From contig OX597828.1 in NCBI GenBank assembly GCA_951406725.2, positions 57,102,001 to 57,166,000 on the forward strand: a stretch of DNA of 64,000 nt, read 5' to 3'. Below are positions 12,260 through 24,369 of this stretch, one piece after another. How positions within the stretch are numbered: the first letter of the stretch is position 1; each line of letters opens with the position of its first letter. The translations under genes were made by a program, and so were the position numbers. The notes under the pieces are model-generated. The model worked only from the letters and a program-made list of their open reading frames with translations, was not told where the DNA came from and did not search any database. Origin of the DNA: Octopus vulgaris (taxonomy: Eukaryota).

Positions 12260-14960
12260 ATGATGACAAAAGAATACAAATATAGATAATATTAATGTAA
12301 TGACTTTCGTTTAATAAATGCAATCGAAATTTTTAGATCAATGTTTAGATGTGAATCTGTAATCTTTCAGGTAAATCACAATCAATCAACAATGAATTAG
12401 ATATCTATATTCTGCTATCGTTCGTTTATGTTGAGGTATAACTGGTCACTTAATTCCCTAAACACGGGAAACAAAGTGTTTCTTTCATTCGTTTGCACAC
12501 AACGTATATGAATCTTTCGGAACGAACTTTTGATGAATAAACATATAATAGGTTTTAATGTGATTTACTATGAACAAACTCAAAAAATTCAAATACATTA
12601 TATTTTATGTCACATCCTTCAAATTTTACGATAATGCTTATATTGAGTTTAAATTTCACGCGTGTGTACAATATGTGTGAGTAAAAATAATTGAAGAAAA
12701 ATAAATAAATTTTTGAGCACAACTTCATAGATACTGACAAAATCGCCTGTATTTTTCTAGTTGGTATTAGATTAGGTGTGACCAATGAGTTTTATTAATC
12801 GCATGATATTGGTTTTAAATTCTGAAACAAGACCATCATGTTCGTATTGGAGGGTAAGTCGATTAAATTGATCCCAGTACACATATTATCGAACCCAAAC
12901 AATGAAAGGCGAAGTCGAATTCGCTGCAATGAAAATTCAGATTGTCAAGACGAGCAAAATTCAACTAAGCATTTTATCCGGCGTTCTAACGATTCTGCCA
13001 GCTAACCGGCTTCTGATCACACAGTGTTAAATATACATCAGATTTAGCAATGCCTCACAATACATAGAGTAAAGATACACATTTATCCATTCTATAAAAA
13101 ACAGTTGCAAATAAACTCATATCTCCACAGTAGATCACCTATTAGCAAGTAAATACTTTCATTAAAGCCTGGGTCAGGGATTTCTCTTGAATCATGAGAT
13201 TGTTATTGTTTTCTTATCATTTTCATCCTTTTTGTTGTTATTTTTTATATTTTGCATCACCACGGAGGTCCAAAAGAATGGAAATGTATTGAAGTTGTGA
13301 GCAATCGGCCATTTTTTATAGTGTATCATAATAGTGTACATAATTCTGAATGGATGTGTCTGTTTCCGTATGAAGGGAAGTACAGTGCAATATTGTAAAA
13401 TTATGAATTCTAATGGTTGCAGTTCTTTAAAATAATCATTTTTAGGTTACCTTGGGGGTGATATTGCATTTTCCCATTTATTGTTGTAATACTCAAATCA
13501 TTTATATTTGCACATAAGGTAATATTCGAATTTTTACTAGCAGGACATCCAAGGTCTCTAGTATTTGTTATGATATTTGGTACTCATGCGGTAATGTAAA
13601 GAATGTGATTCAAAGAGTTAAAACCTCATGCCACAATGCTTGCGTAGAACTTGTGATACAGGAAATATATATTGATGTAATAAGCAGTACTTTGGTGTAA
13701 AATATAAATGACATTAGTGGGTCATGAAAAGGAGTAGCATCTCCAAAGTATTAAATTTTACTGATGTGGCAATTTTTAGAAATAGTTTATCTTTAATAAA
13801 TCTCTAGATGAGGAACCGAGCTGTGATATATGTCTTTATTATATGCCATGTAAAATTCGCTCTTCGTAAGTTATTTCATCTACTATATGATACCAATATT
13901 TTCATAACAACGTAATCGTTTTGGCTAAAGTGAAAGAATTGAATTCATCAATAAAGGCTGCTACAATTCAGTATGCGAAATGCAAAAGACAAATTATACT
14001 CTTTAATTCTAGTAAAAATCGTGATTTATAGCTGACAGTGAGTAATGTGTTTAAAGAACAAAATCCTTATTTCTAGTGCAATTCGAATATATTAGTGGCG
14101 TGTTTGTAAAGAAATTCATTCATCTCTAGTATACCTCATTTTATAAAATCATTTTTACATTGAATTAGGTGTGTGTATGTGTGTGTGCGTGATTATTTCA
14201 ATGTACAATAGTTGAAAAATATGTGTAATGCATTAGAAAATATTCCCAACTGCAAAAAAGGCAGTAGATATTCTTGCGTTTCTTATGAATTATTCGAATA
14301 TTCAAAGTCACATTAATCGCAAATATTCGTATACTACGACAAAATGATTTTTAAAAAATACAAAGTGAATTAAAAATTGAGTGAACAATTTACACAATAT
14401 CTTTAACACTGTAAACAATTGGTTATTACAGTAACCTCTATATTTAACGGATGTCAAGAAATAAAATTATCAACCATAAATTCTTATAATCACCAAATAT
14501 GTGAGATTTTTAGTACATTCTCCATACAACCAAATTTTCTGAATTTTGCAGAAATACACAATTTCAAATGCAATAGAATGGTAAATTGGTTTGTTAAATG
14601 GTTTGCATATTTGTTTGCATTTTTTATTGTTTCATTTAAATCCTGTTTTATTATTTGCTTCGCTTTATGTGAATTATCTGATTTGAATCTTAGCGAAACA
14701 GAATTGTCCAGCCTGTAGTTGGACAATATTCTGTAATCTAAGAAAACAATGTTAAAATTTATTAATAAGTGCGTAGTAGAGTTGCAGATTCATATGTTTA
14801 TTAAACACATTTGGTGATGAAGAAATACTCAACTATTCTCACCAAAAGAAGTGCATTAGACAATATGTGATTACCTCTATATTTTAAATGTCACTCTTTC
14901 AGTTCATCTTTTGTAGAGTAATTGTAATGAAATATATTCCAAATTTACCTCTTGTTTGTC
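12260..14960. repeat. Array spacer, copy S2
   Basis: Close match to 24370-27143, e.g. AATGCAATCGAAATTTTTAGATCAATGTTTAG and TCTTTCGGAACGAACTTTTGATGAATAAA. Confidence 0.85.
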
Positions 14961-14964
14961 ATTT

Positions 14965-15815
14965 CTAAGCAAAGGTTGATAAAGCAATAACGATATAGAG
15001 TACAAGGAACAAAACAGTTGCCGACAAAAATAATTTGTCTAGCTTTATATATGTTTTTCGACGTTTCTTAGAAGGCATTTTATCTTTCGACTCAATATTT
15101 GGTTCATTTGTGTTTCCTATTATCCCGATTTTATTTTTCGATCCGTTTGATTCATTAACGTTTTCTGAACTGCTGTTGGCACCGGTCTGGTGGACGTACA
15201 GTTTACACACAATTACAGTGCCGACAGTAGAATATCCGGTGACAAATTCCAGAATTAATAGATATATTAAATATATAGAAGGTTCACGGGACCTATTATT
15301 AATTTTTTTTCAGTTTTAGAAAGAAAAACAATATTTACGAGAAAAACAGTAATTGCAACAGACATTTTCTCTCCAGATTCACCATAAAGTAAATAGATAC
15401 GACTAATAATGTTAACATAATTGAAGAATATTGTTGGTTACGGCCGCACTAGAAATTTTTCCTTTTGATGTGAACCCTAACAACGGCTGTTATGATGCCG
15501 TTTTTTTTCAATATCTTCCGTGTTATTCCGGTGTTCAAAACACGTATATATCGCATTCGTGCTTATCAGAAGGATATTTATTAACGTTAACCTTGCGGAA
15601 AGTATTGAATATAGCGTCAATTTATAGAGAAACATTTCTCTCAGTTATTAGCGTGACTCCTGTATCTTCGGCAAATTTTAATTTTAATGTAGTGCTCTTA
15701 CGTATTTTTACGTTAGGGTACTACAGATGTTGTAAATCAGTTTTAATATAGCTTACGTTTACTCTTTCTTCTATCCATTGAAGGTTAATATCATACCACG
15801 ATAATCCCAGTATGA
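14965..15815 (-). pseudogene. Chemotactile-receptor-like pseudogene, copy 3 (5'-truncated)
   Basis: The M3-M4 and C-terminal part is intact (CKLYVHQTGAN...YIVIALSTFA*). There are frameshifts near 15300, an internal deletion near 15505, and a degraded Cys-loop. Homology stops at TATGA (15811-15815), where spacer sequence begins. Confidence 0.9.
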
Positions 15816-16921
15816 AGGGAGATTGAATGCAATATTGTAAAATTAGGAATTGTATTGGTAGTAGATAATTCCAGCAATCATTTGAAGGTTACATTGGTGG
15901 TGATGTTGCAACACCCCTGTTAGATTTAGAATGATTTTATTCTACTCATCTACAATTTCCCATAAGGTGATATTCGAACTTTTACAAGCAGGACATGCAA
16001 GGTCTCATGTATTTGTTATGAGATTTTGTATACATGCAGTAATGTAAAATATGTGATTCAAAGAGTTAAAACTTCCTGCCGCATTGCGCGTGTAGATCTT
16101 GTGATACGTGAAATAGATAATGATGGTATACTCAGTAATTTGGTGTAAAATATGAATAACTTTAGATGATCATGAAAAGACGTAGCATTCGTGAAGTTTA
16201 AAATTTTACTGATGCGACTAATTTTAGAAAATGTGTATATCCTCAAAGAGTCTCTAGATGAGGAATCAAACTGTCAGAGAGGTGCTAGTCAATTTCTATG
16301 CCATGTAATTTATTTCATGTGAAAATATAATCCATGCACATTATAATTCTAGTCCTTCATAAACAACGTAATCAGTGTGACGGAAGAGAAAGAACTGAAT
16401 TCATCAATAAGGGCTGTTAAAAATCAGTATGCGAAATACATGAGGCAAATTATACGCTTTAATTCAACTTAAAATAGTGATTTGTAACTGGCAGTGAGCA
16501 ATGTCTTTAAAGAACGAAATTATTATTTCTAGTGCAATTCAATTATATTAGTGGGCACGTTCGTAAAGGTATTGATTCGTGTCCAATGTACCTCAATTTA
16601 TTAAAAAAATTATTTCTTCGATTTATGTAAATTGTGTGTTTTGTAATTTAGCGAAACAAAATTTTCAAGTCTATAGTTGGACAATATTGTGAGATCTAAG
16701 AAGAAAATTTTAACATCTATTAAGAAGTGCGCAAAACAATGGAAACTGCAATTTCACGTGTTTATTAAATATATGAGGTGATGACGAAATACTCAAATAT
16801 TCGTACCAATAGTACTTAATTAGACGATATGTGATTACTGCTATATTCTAAATGTGAGTTAGTCCTTCAGTTCATCTCGTGCAGAATAGATATAATGAGA
16901 TATATTCCAAATTTATGATTA

Positions 16922-18061
16922 CTAAACATAGCTTGATAAGGCAATAAAGATAAAGAGTACAAGGAACAAAACTGTTGCTACCAAAAGTAATTTGTCTAGC
17001 TGTATATATGTTATTCGACGTTTCTTAGAAGGCAGTTTATCTTTCGACTCAATATTTGGTTCATCTGTGTTTCCTATTATCCCGATTTTATTTTTCGATC
17101 CGTTTGATTCATTAACATTTTCTGAATTGGTGTTGGCACCGGTCTGGTGCACGTACAGTTTACACACAATTACTGTGCCGACAGAAGAAAGTCCGCTTAC
17201 GAGTGTCAGAATTAATAGATATATTAAATATATAGAAGGTTCACGCGAATTGTTACCCAGTTTTTTCTCAGTTTCAGAAAGATAAACAATATTTGCGAGA
17301 AAAACAGTAATTGCAACAGAAACTTTCTCCCCAGATTCAGCTGGCAATAGAAAGACAGATATGATTAATAATGTTAACATAATTGGGGGTATAATGGTGG
17401 TTATGGTTGCACTAGAAATTTTTCTTTTGCTGTGAACAATAACACCGGCTGTTATGATGCCGTCTTTTGTGATACCCTTGTCATTAAAACTGTACTGCCA
17501 TTGGGTGTATGCTGGATTATATGTCACATTGGACACAAAATTATTTAAAGTTTCTTCCGTGTTAACCTGGTGTTGAAAACAAACACATATATCGCATTCG
17601 TGCTCATCAAAAGGATATTTTTCAACGTTAATATCGCAGTAAGTATTGAAAATACTGTCTATATAGAGAGACGTATTTCCATTACTTGTTAGCGTGACTC
17701 CTGTATCTCCATCAAATTTGAGTTTGCCTGTAGCGCTATTACATATTTGTACGTTAGGGTACCACACTTTCTCTAATTGAGTTTTAATATAGCTTACGTT
17801 TTCTTTTTCTTCTTCCCAGTTAAGATTAGCATCATACCACGATAATCCAAGTATCAGATTACTTGTCATTAATCCTTTTGCAATTTCAAATTCAAGAATG
17901 TTCTTTATTTCCAGTGATACATCTACGTATATTATATCGCCATCATTTAAAACGGGTCTCTGAGACTTCTCATAGCCTCTAAGTATCTTTTCCTCTAAAT
18001 CCTTCTTTTTTGAAGCAACTACTCCGATGAGCATTAAAGTTAAACCAAAGATTAATTTCAT
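16922..18061 (-). CDS. Intronless chemotactile-receptor-like pLGIC subunit, copy 4, 379 aa
   Basis: Intact ORF. The first ATG is at 18061 (MKLIFGLTLMLIGVVAS signal peptide); the ORF track starts 3 codons earlier at a TTG. Cys-loop CDINVEKYPFDEHEC, GEK M2 motif and four TM segments. Confidence 0.95.
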   Translation of the reverse strand: MKLIFGLTLMLIGVVASKKKDLEEKILRGYEKSQRPVLNDGDIIYVDVSLEIKNILEFEIAKGLMTSNLILGLSWYDANLNWEEEKENVSYIKTQLEKVWYPNVQICNSATGKLKFDGDTGVTLTSNGNTSLYIDSIFNTYCDINVEKYPFDEHECDICVCFQHQVNTEETLNNFVSNVTYNPAYTQWQYSFNDKGITKDGIITAGVIVHSKRKISSATITTIIPPIMLTLLIISVFLLPAESGEKVSVAITVFLANIVYLSETEKKLGNNSREPSIYLIYLLILTLVSGLSSVGTVIVCKLYVHQTGANTNSENVNESNGSKNKIGIIGNTDEPNIESKDKLPSKKRRITYIQLDKLLLVATVLFLVLFIFIALSSYV

Positions 18062-19117
18062 TATGTTCAATAAACAGCGAAATTAATACTTCAAAATGTT
18101 TCCTGATCTCTTTCACGTTCAATATGTTTATGGTTTTGGCAATGTTTCTGCGTATTAGAAATATACGTGTAACCTGTTTATATGTATTTTTTGTTTCTGC
18201 TTATCTTTGTTCTTATGTGTGCATATATATATCGCAAGTATTCTATTTATGACTGTGTAAATTTTGAGAAAGAAAAAATATATGTAATTGCATTTAAATA
18301 TGAACCGTCTGAAATACCTTATGTTTATCTTGTGGAAGATAATCAAGTGAAATCTTGATCACAACTACAATGGACTATACCGTGAGTGGCATTAGTGAAC
18401 AATCTATCTCCAGTTCAAAGTCGCAACGTAGTAATATGTGATGATATCGAAGATATTTATACTAAGATCTTACGCATTTAAATATGCTGTAACCTCCTAT
18501 TCTTCTTCTACCTCTTTCTGAATTTCCTTTTTCCTTATTATCCTTTGGCTATCTATTTATGTGTCTTTATAATCCATAGTTTATTTCCAACCAGACTTAA
18601 TTAATATATTACAGAACTACAATAAGTCAATATTTTTTATTGATGCGATAAATATATTATTTCATAATCTTTTGTTTTGTTTGTAGTGTTAACAGATATT
18701 AATTTTAGATTTCCCATTAGAATATTGTCAGTGGATATGGTGAAATACTGAGATCATATTGTCAACAGGATATTAATGACCCTCTTTGATGTGTATTGAT
18801 GAAACTTATGATCAATAATCACAACCACGAAGGTGTCGTTAGCGGGTTTGCTTTGGAACATTGGAGCTTTGTACTTGATTCCTATGGGTTAGTTGCCTAA
18901 GAATATTATGACTTTTGGTAAGTATTCTACGTGGAATAAAAAGAGGACTGTCCAAATCCCCTTACATATGTAAGTGTATGTGTGTACACACGTTTGCACG
19001 TGTGTATACATATATGTAAGTATATGTGTATGTAAGGTGGACGTGTTCAGGTTTCTTTTTTGTAATATATAATAAATTACAAGTATGCATATGTGTATAT
19101 CTATATATATATATATA
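18062..19117. repeat. Duplicated 5' flank (putative promoter/5'UTR region) of receptor unit, copy U4
   Basis: Highly similar to 19625-20680 and 28284-29340. Confidence 0.9.
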
Positions 19118-19224
19118 TAATTCTGGATCGTTATGTCTTTTTTTCTGTATGAAGAGAGTAGAGTACAATATTGTAAAATTAGGATATGTATTGGTAGTAA
19201 TTAATTCCACAAACATTTGAAGGT

Positions 19225-19624
19225 TATAGAGAGACGTACTTCCATTACTTGTTAGCGTGACTCCTGTATCTCCATCAAATGTGAATTTGCCTGTAGCGCT
19301 ATTACATATTTGTACGTTAGGGTACCACACTTTCTCTAATTGAGTTTTAATATAGCTTACGTTTTCTTTTTCTTCATCCCATTTTAGATTAGCATCATGC
19401 CACGATAATCCAAGTATCAGATTACTTGTCATTAATCCTTTTGCAATATCAAATTCAAGAATGTTCTTTATTTCCAGTGATACATCTACGTATATTACAT
19501 CGTCATCATTTAAAACGGGTCTCTGAGACTTCTCATAGCCTCTAAGTATCTTTTCCTCTAAGTCCTTCTTTTTTGAAGCAACTACTCCGATGAGCATTAA
19601 AGTTAAACCAAAGATTAATTTCAT
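19225..19624 (-). pseudogene. Chemotactile-receptor-like copy 5, 3'-truncated; ORF reads through into flank to 18962 (220 aa)
   Basis: About 133 codons nearly identical to copies 4 and 6 up to ...GSTSLY, then joined to spacer sequence (CATTTGAAGGTTA). Cys-loop and all TMs are missing. Confidence 0.9.
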
Positions 19625-20639
19625 TATGTTCAATAAACAGCGAAATTAATACTTCAAAATGTTTCCTGATCTCTTTGACGTTCAATATGTTTATGGTTTT
19701 GGCAATGTTTCTGCGTATTAGAAATATACGTGTAACCTGTTTATATGTATTTTTTGTTTCTGCTTATCTTTGTTCTTATGTGTGCATATATATCGCAAGT
19801 ATTCTATTTATGACTGTGTAAATTTTGAGAAAGAAAAAATATATGTAATTGCATTTAAATATGAACCGTCTGAAATGCCTTATGTTTATCTTGAGGAAGA
19901 TAATCAAATGAAATCTTGTTCACAACTACAATAGACTATACCGTGAGTGGCATTAGTGAACAACCTATCTCCAGTTCAAAGTCGCAACGTAGTAATATGT
20001 GATGATATCGAAGGTATTTATACTAAGATCTTACGCATTTAAATATGCTGTAACCTCCTATTCTTCTTCTGTCTCTTTCTGTATTTCCTTTTTGCTTATT
20101 ATCCTTTGGCTATCTATTTATGTGTCTATATAACTCATAGTTTATTTCCAACCAGACCTACTTGATATATTACAGAACTACAATAAGTCAATATTTTTTA
20201 TTGATACAATAAATATTATTTCATAATGTTTAGTTTTGTTTGTAAAGAACATATTGCGAGTAACAGATATTGATTTTAGATTTCCCATAAAAATATTGTC
20301 AGTGGATATGGTGAAATACTGAGATCATATTGTCAACATGAAATTAATGACCCTCTTTGATGTGTATTGATGAAACTTATGATCAATAATCACAACCACG
20401 AAGGTGTCGTTAGCGGAGCTTTGTACTTGATTCCTATGGGTTAGTTGCCTAAGAATATTATGACTTTTGGTAAGTATTCTACGTGGAATAAAAAGAGGAC
20501 TGTCCAAATCCCCTTACATATGTAAGTGTATGTGTGTACACACGTTTGCACGTGTGTATACATATATGTAAGTATATGTGTATGTAAGGTGGACGTGTTC
20601 AGGTGCATTTCTGTAATATATAATAATTTACAAGTATGC

Positions 20640-20703
<64 letters not shown>

Positions 20704-21140
20704 GAATTCCTAAAAGTGTCAATTTTTATATTCTGATAAAATATAAAAGCACTTAGAATTTGATAAAAGATTGTTTATCATTTATTTTTGATTTATCGCC
20801 TTTGTTATTTAATAAATGTTGTTAAAGTTTTAGACAACAGCAAAGGGGGTCTCGTCATTCGCTCCCTCTCCCTTCTTGGGTATACGGGATATTATTTTAT
20901 ACGCCACTTCGAAATTAACAATAAATAAATGAAAGGTTAAAGGGTGAAAAGTCTTTACGAGATTATCGTAACACTTTTCTTTTTACCGGTTGCGGCTCAT
21001 AGCTGTGGCCATTGCGGGGCACTGAAATTCCGTAACACTATTATTATTGAGAGCTTCTGCTGATATTTGACATTTGGTCAATAGAAGATTTTGATGATAC
21101 TTCTCTCATTTGCGCTTCTTGCTGCAAGGTAGGTCCATCA
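19625..21140. repeat. Duplicated 5' flank, copy U5
   Basis: Matches 28284-30310 including the (TA)n(GA)n tract and the CR1 3' end, but lacks the 29350-29800 insertion. Confidence 0.9.
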
Positions 21141-21730
21141 TGGACTCTCAACAGGAAAGCATCCAGTATTGTTTTAAAAACACCTACATCCTCTTTGTGT
21201 AGGTCCTTTGGGAGAACATTAAAAAGCTGTGGGCCCTTGAAACCCAGGCTGTCCCAGTAAAAAGTCTTGAAGGTGACGGTATTGTTGGGATATTTGGCAT
21301 TATAGTAGTGGTGACCCATTATGGCATTTGTGTAACTTTCAATTCCAGTATATTACTGCATATCTCTCCGGCCTTTGGTCTTAGCTTTTTCAGACTTTCC
21401 CAGTAGTTGAGCCGTTGCAACGAGAGATCTTCTTGGTGAAGCTTCACTGGATTGGTTCAAAGTGTACTGTTGATTTTACTCTGCGGGATGACCATAGCTG
21501 GGAGTAGTAGACCAAACGGCTGAGGACGAATGTTCTCCATGAGACCATCATGGTTTCCTTCTCCCTGGTTTGAAGGTTGTCAAGATGCTTCCAGCCAGCC
21601 GCTTGAACTTTGTTGCCATCTTGGTAATGTGAACTTAGAGAGATATATCATCACTCATATCGATACCCAGGTCAAGCACTGATTCAGGTTCTGAGATTGC
21701 AATCCAACCTGGGCCATTGTAGTATGTAAA
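20975..21730 (-). mobile_element. CR1-like LINE 3' fragment, decayed
   Basis: DSLGFKGPQLFNVLPKDL...VFKTILDAFLLRVHDGPT, with upstream SRLVYYSQLWSS-type and RSLVATAQLLGK-type remnants. Similar to 60675-61270; the same 3' end occurs at 30150-30310. Confidence 0.75.
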
Positions 21731-21769
21731 TTTTTCGTTACGTTTTTTGAAGAAAATTTCCCAGATATT

Positions 21770-23110
21770 TGCCAGACCAACAACTTGCATATACAACTAA
21801 CATTGAACAAGTGACACATAAGAGAGGAACGTTGTGTGTTTTAGATGCTACAGGAGGAACAGGAAAAAACTTTTCTTACAAATTTACTGCTAGCCAAAGT
21901 CCGGCAGAAAAAGGAAAATAGCCTTGGCTGTAGCGAGCTCTGGAATTGCTGCAACTTTTCTCCCAGGAGGTCGAACGGCTGACGTAGTATTCAAGCTACT
22001 ATTCAATCTAACTTCAAATGAGGTTCTTGTCTGCAATATTAGTAAAAGTTCTTTAGCTCAAGTTTTTTATGAAATGTTCTTTGATCGTATGGAACGAATG
22101 TACCATGTCCCTTAAAAAGTTATTAACAAGTCGTTAACAGAATGCTACAAGAGCAGCCTAATTCCAATTGTTTGATGCAAGGTGTGACAGTAGTACTTTC
22201 GATGATTTCAGACAACTGTTGCCAGTGATTCCCAGGGGGACACAGGTGGATGAACTGAAAGCATGTTTGAAAGTTTCTATTTTATGCAAACATATCACCG
22301 TGTTAAATCTGTCTACAAATATGAGGGCCCATTTGCTTGGGTATCATCTCTCGGAAAACTTTGCCCGTAATATTTTGCAACTTAGAGAAGGAAGGCTACA
22401 TACTTATGATGAAGTTGACTTGAATCTGTCAAAAATCTGCACCTTGGTCAGCTCAGTTAAGGAATGTATTGAAAAAGTTTTTCCAAGTAAAATCCAAATT
22501 GCACAAATGCTACACTGTTATGCGAAAAAGCAGTCATGGCACCTAGGAAAGTTACTGTGAATAATTTAAATGAAAGACCCAAGAAACGTTTACCAGGAAA
22601 CAAACATACTTACACATCTGTAGACTATCTTGTGGATGGAATAGTCAATTTCCAGTTAAGTTCTTAAACTCACTGCAGTTACCAGGAGTTCCCCCTCATT
22701 GCCTTCTATTGAAAATAGGAGCACGAATCATGCTTCTGCGCAAAGCAGTGCAATGGCACATGACGCGTTATCACGAAATTTATGAGGGATGTCAAAGAGG
22801 CCACAATAATATATGGCTGTGGAAAAGGTAAATGTGTTTTTATTCCTCGCTTACATTTGATACCTTCCAATATACCCTTCGAGTTCAAATGACTGCAGTT
22901 TCCAATAAGTCTGTCTTTGCGATGTCCATTAAGAGTTCCTAGGGTCAGGCATTGAAGGTTGCTGGTTTGCAATGAGAAGAGGACTGTTTTCACACGGTCA
23001 GTATTACGTTGGGACATCCAGAGTGGGGAGCAAGAACACCCTTTTCATTTTTGCTCCTACTGGTAAAATCAAAAACATTGTCAACAAGGAAGATTTTACC
23101 ATAAGATGAA
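21770..23110 (+). mobile_element. Helitron-type PIF1 helicase pseudogene fragment
   Basis: Frameshifted motifs in correct order: LDATGGTGK (Walker A), [69 protein letters not shown] and SRVG. Confidence 0.85.
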
Positions 23111-23672
23111 TAACCTCAAATTTGTAGAATGATAACTAACTTTGAATTGATATTTCCAACGTTACACTATATGTGTCTAAGAAAATCTATTTTATTTAAT
23201 GATCTTGTAATAATCAGAAACCAATATATGTGCGATGTTTACTTCCTTTATAGGCGGAAATATTATAGATCATAGACCAAAAGCTTATATTTATCCATGA
23301 TAATACTGGCCTGAAAAAACAGCTCTAGCCTTTACATGAAAGTTAATCATTTCTTAAATATGTTCAATACAAACACAGTGAATAAATTTCGATCTTCAAA
23401 GTACAATTTTGGCAGCTTCTTTCAATCCAGTCAATGACTGGTGTTTCTGCTACTATATATACCTACAAATATATGTATCACTCTTTCTCTCTTCATATAT
23501 ATATATATATATATATACATATATTAGCTACTGGTGAAGGATGGTTTCTAGGCATAACGTCAGACCCTAAGGCAAAGGAACCAGCCTTCTCCTGTAATTA
23601 ATATACACTGCTGTACTTCTACACCGGATTTATGTTTTTCTAAAAATTGAGTTATATCTAGCTATCTATCTA

Positions 23673-24359
<687 letters not shown>

Positions 24360-24369
24360 TAGTAACGAC

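Noticed and set aside
16992-17285. Conserved antisense ORF (also 15035-15319 and 27214-27507)
   Set aside because: It starts at TTG and is a by-product of sense-strand duplication.
18062-18070. ORF-track start MNIM for copies 4-6
   Set aside because: It begins at TTG; the in-frame ATG three codons later matches copy 1's context and gives a normal signal peptide.
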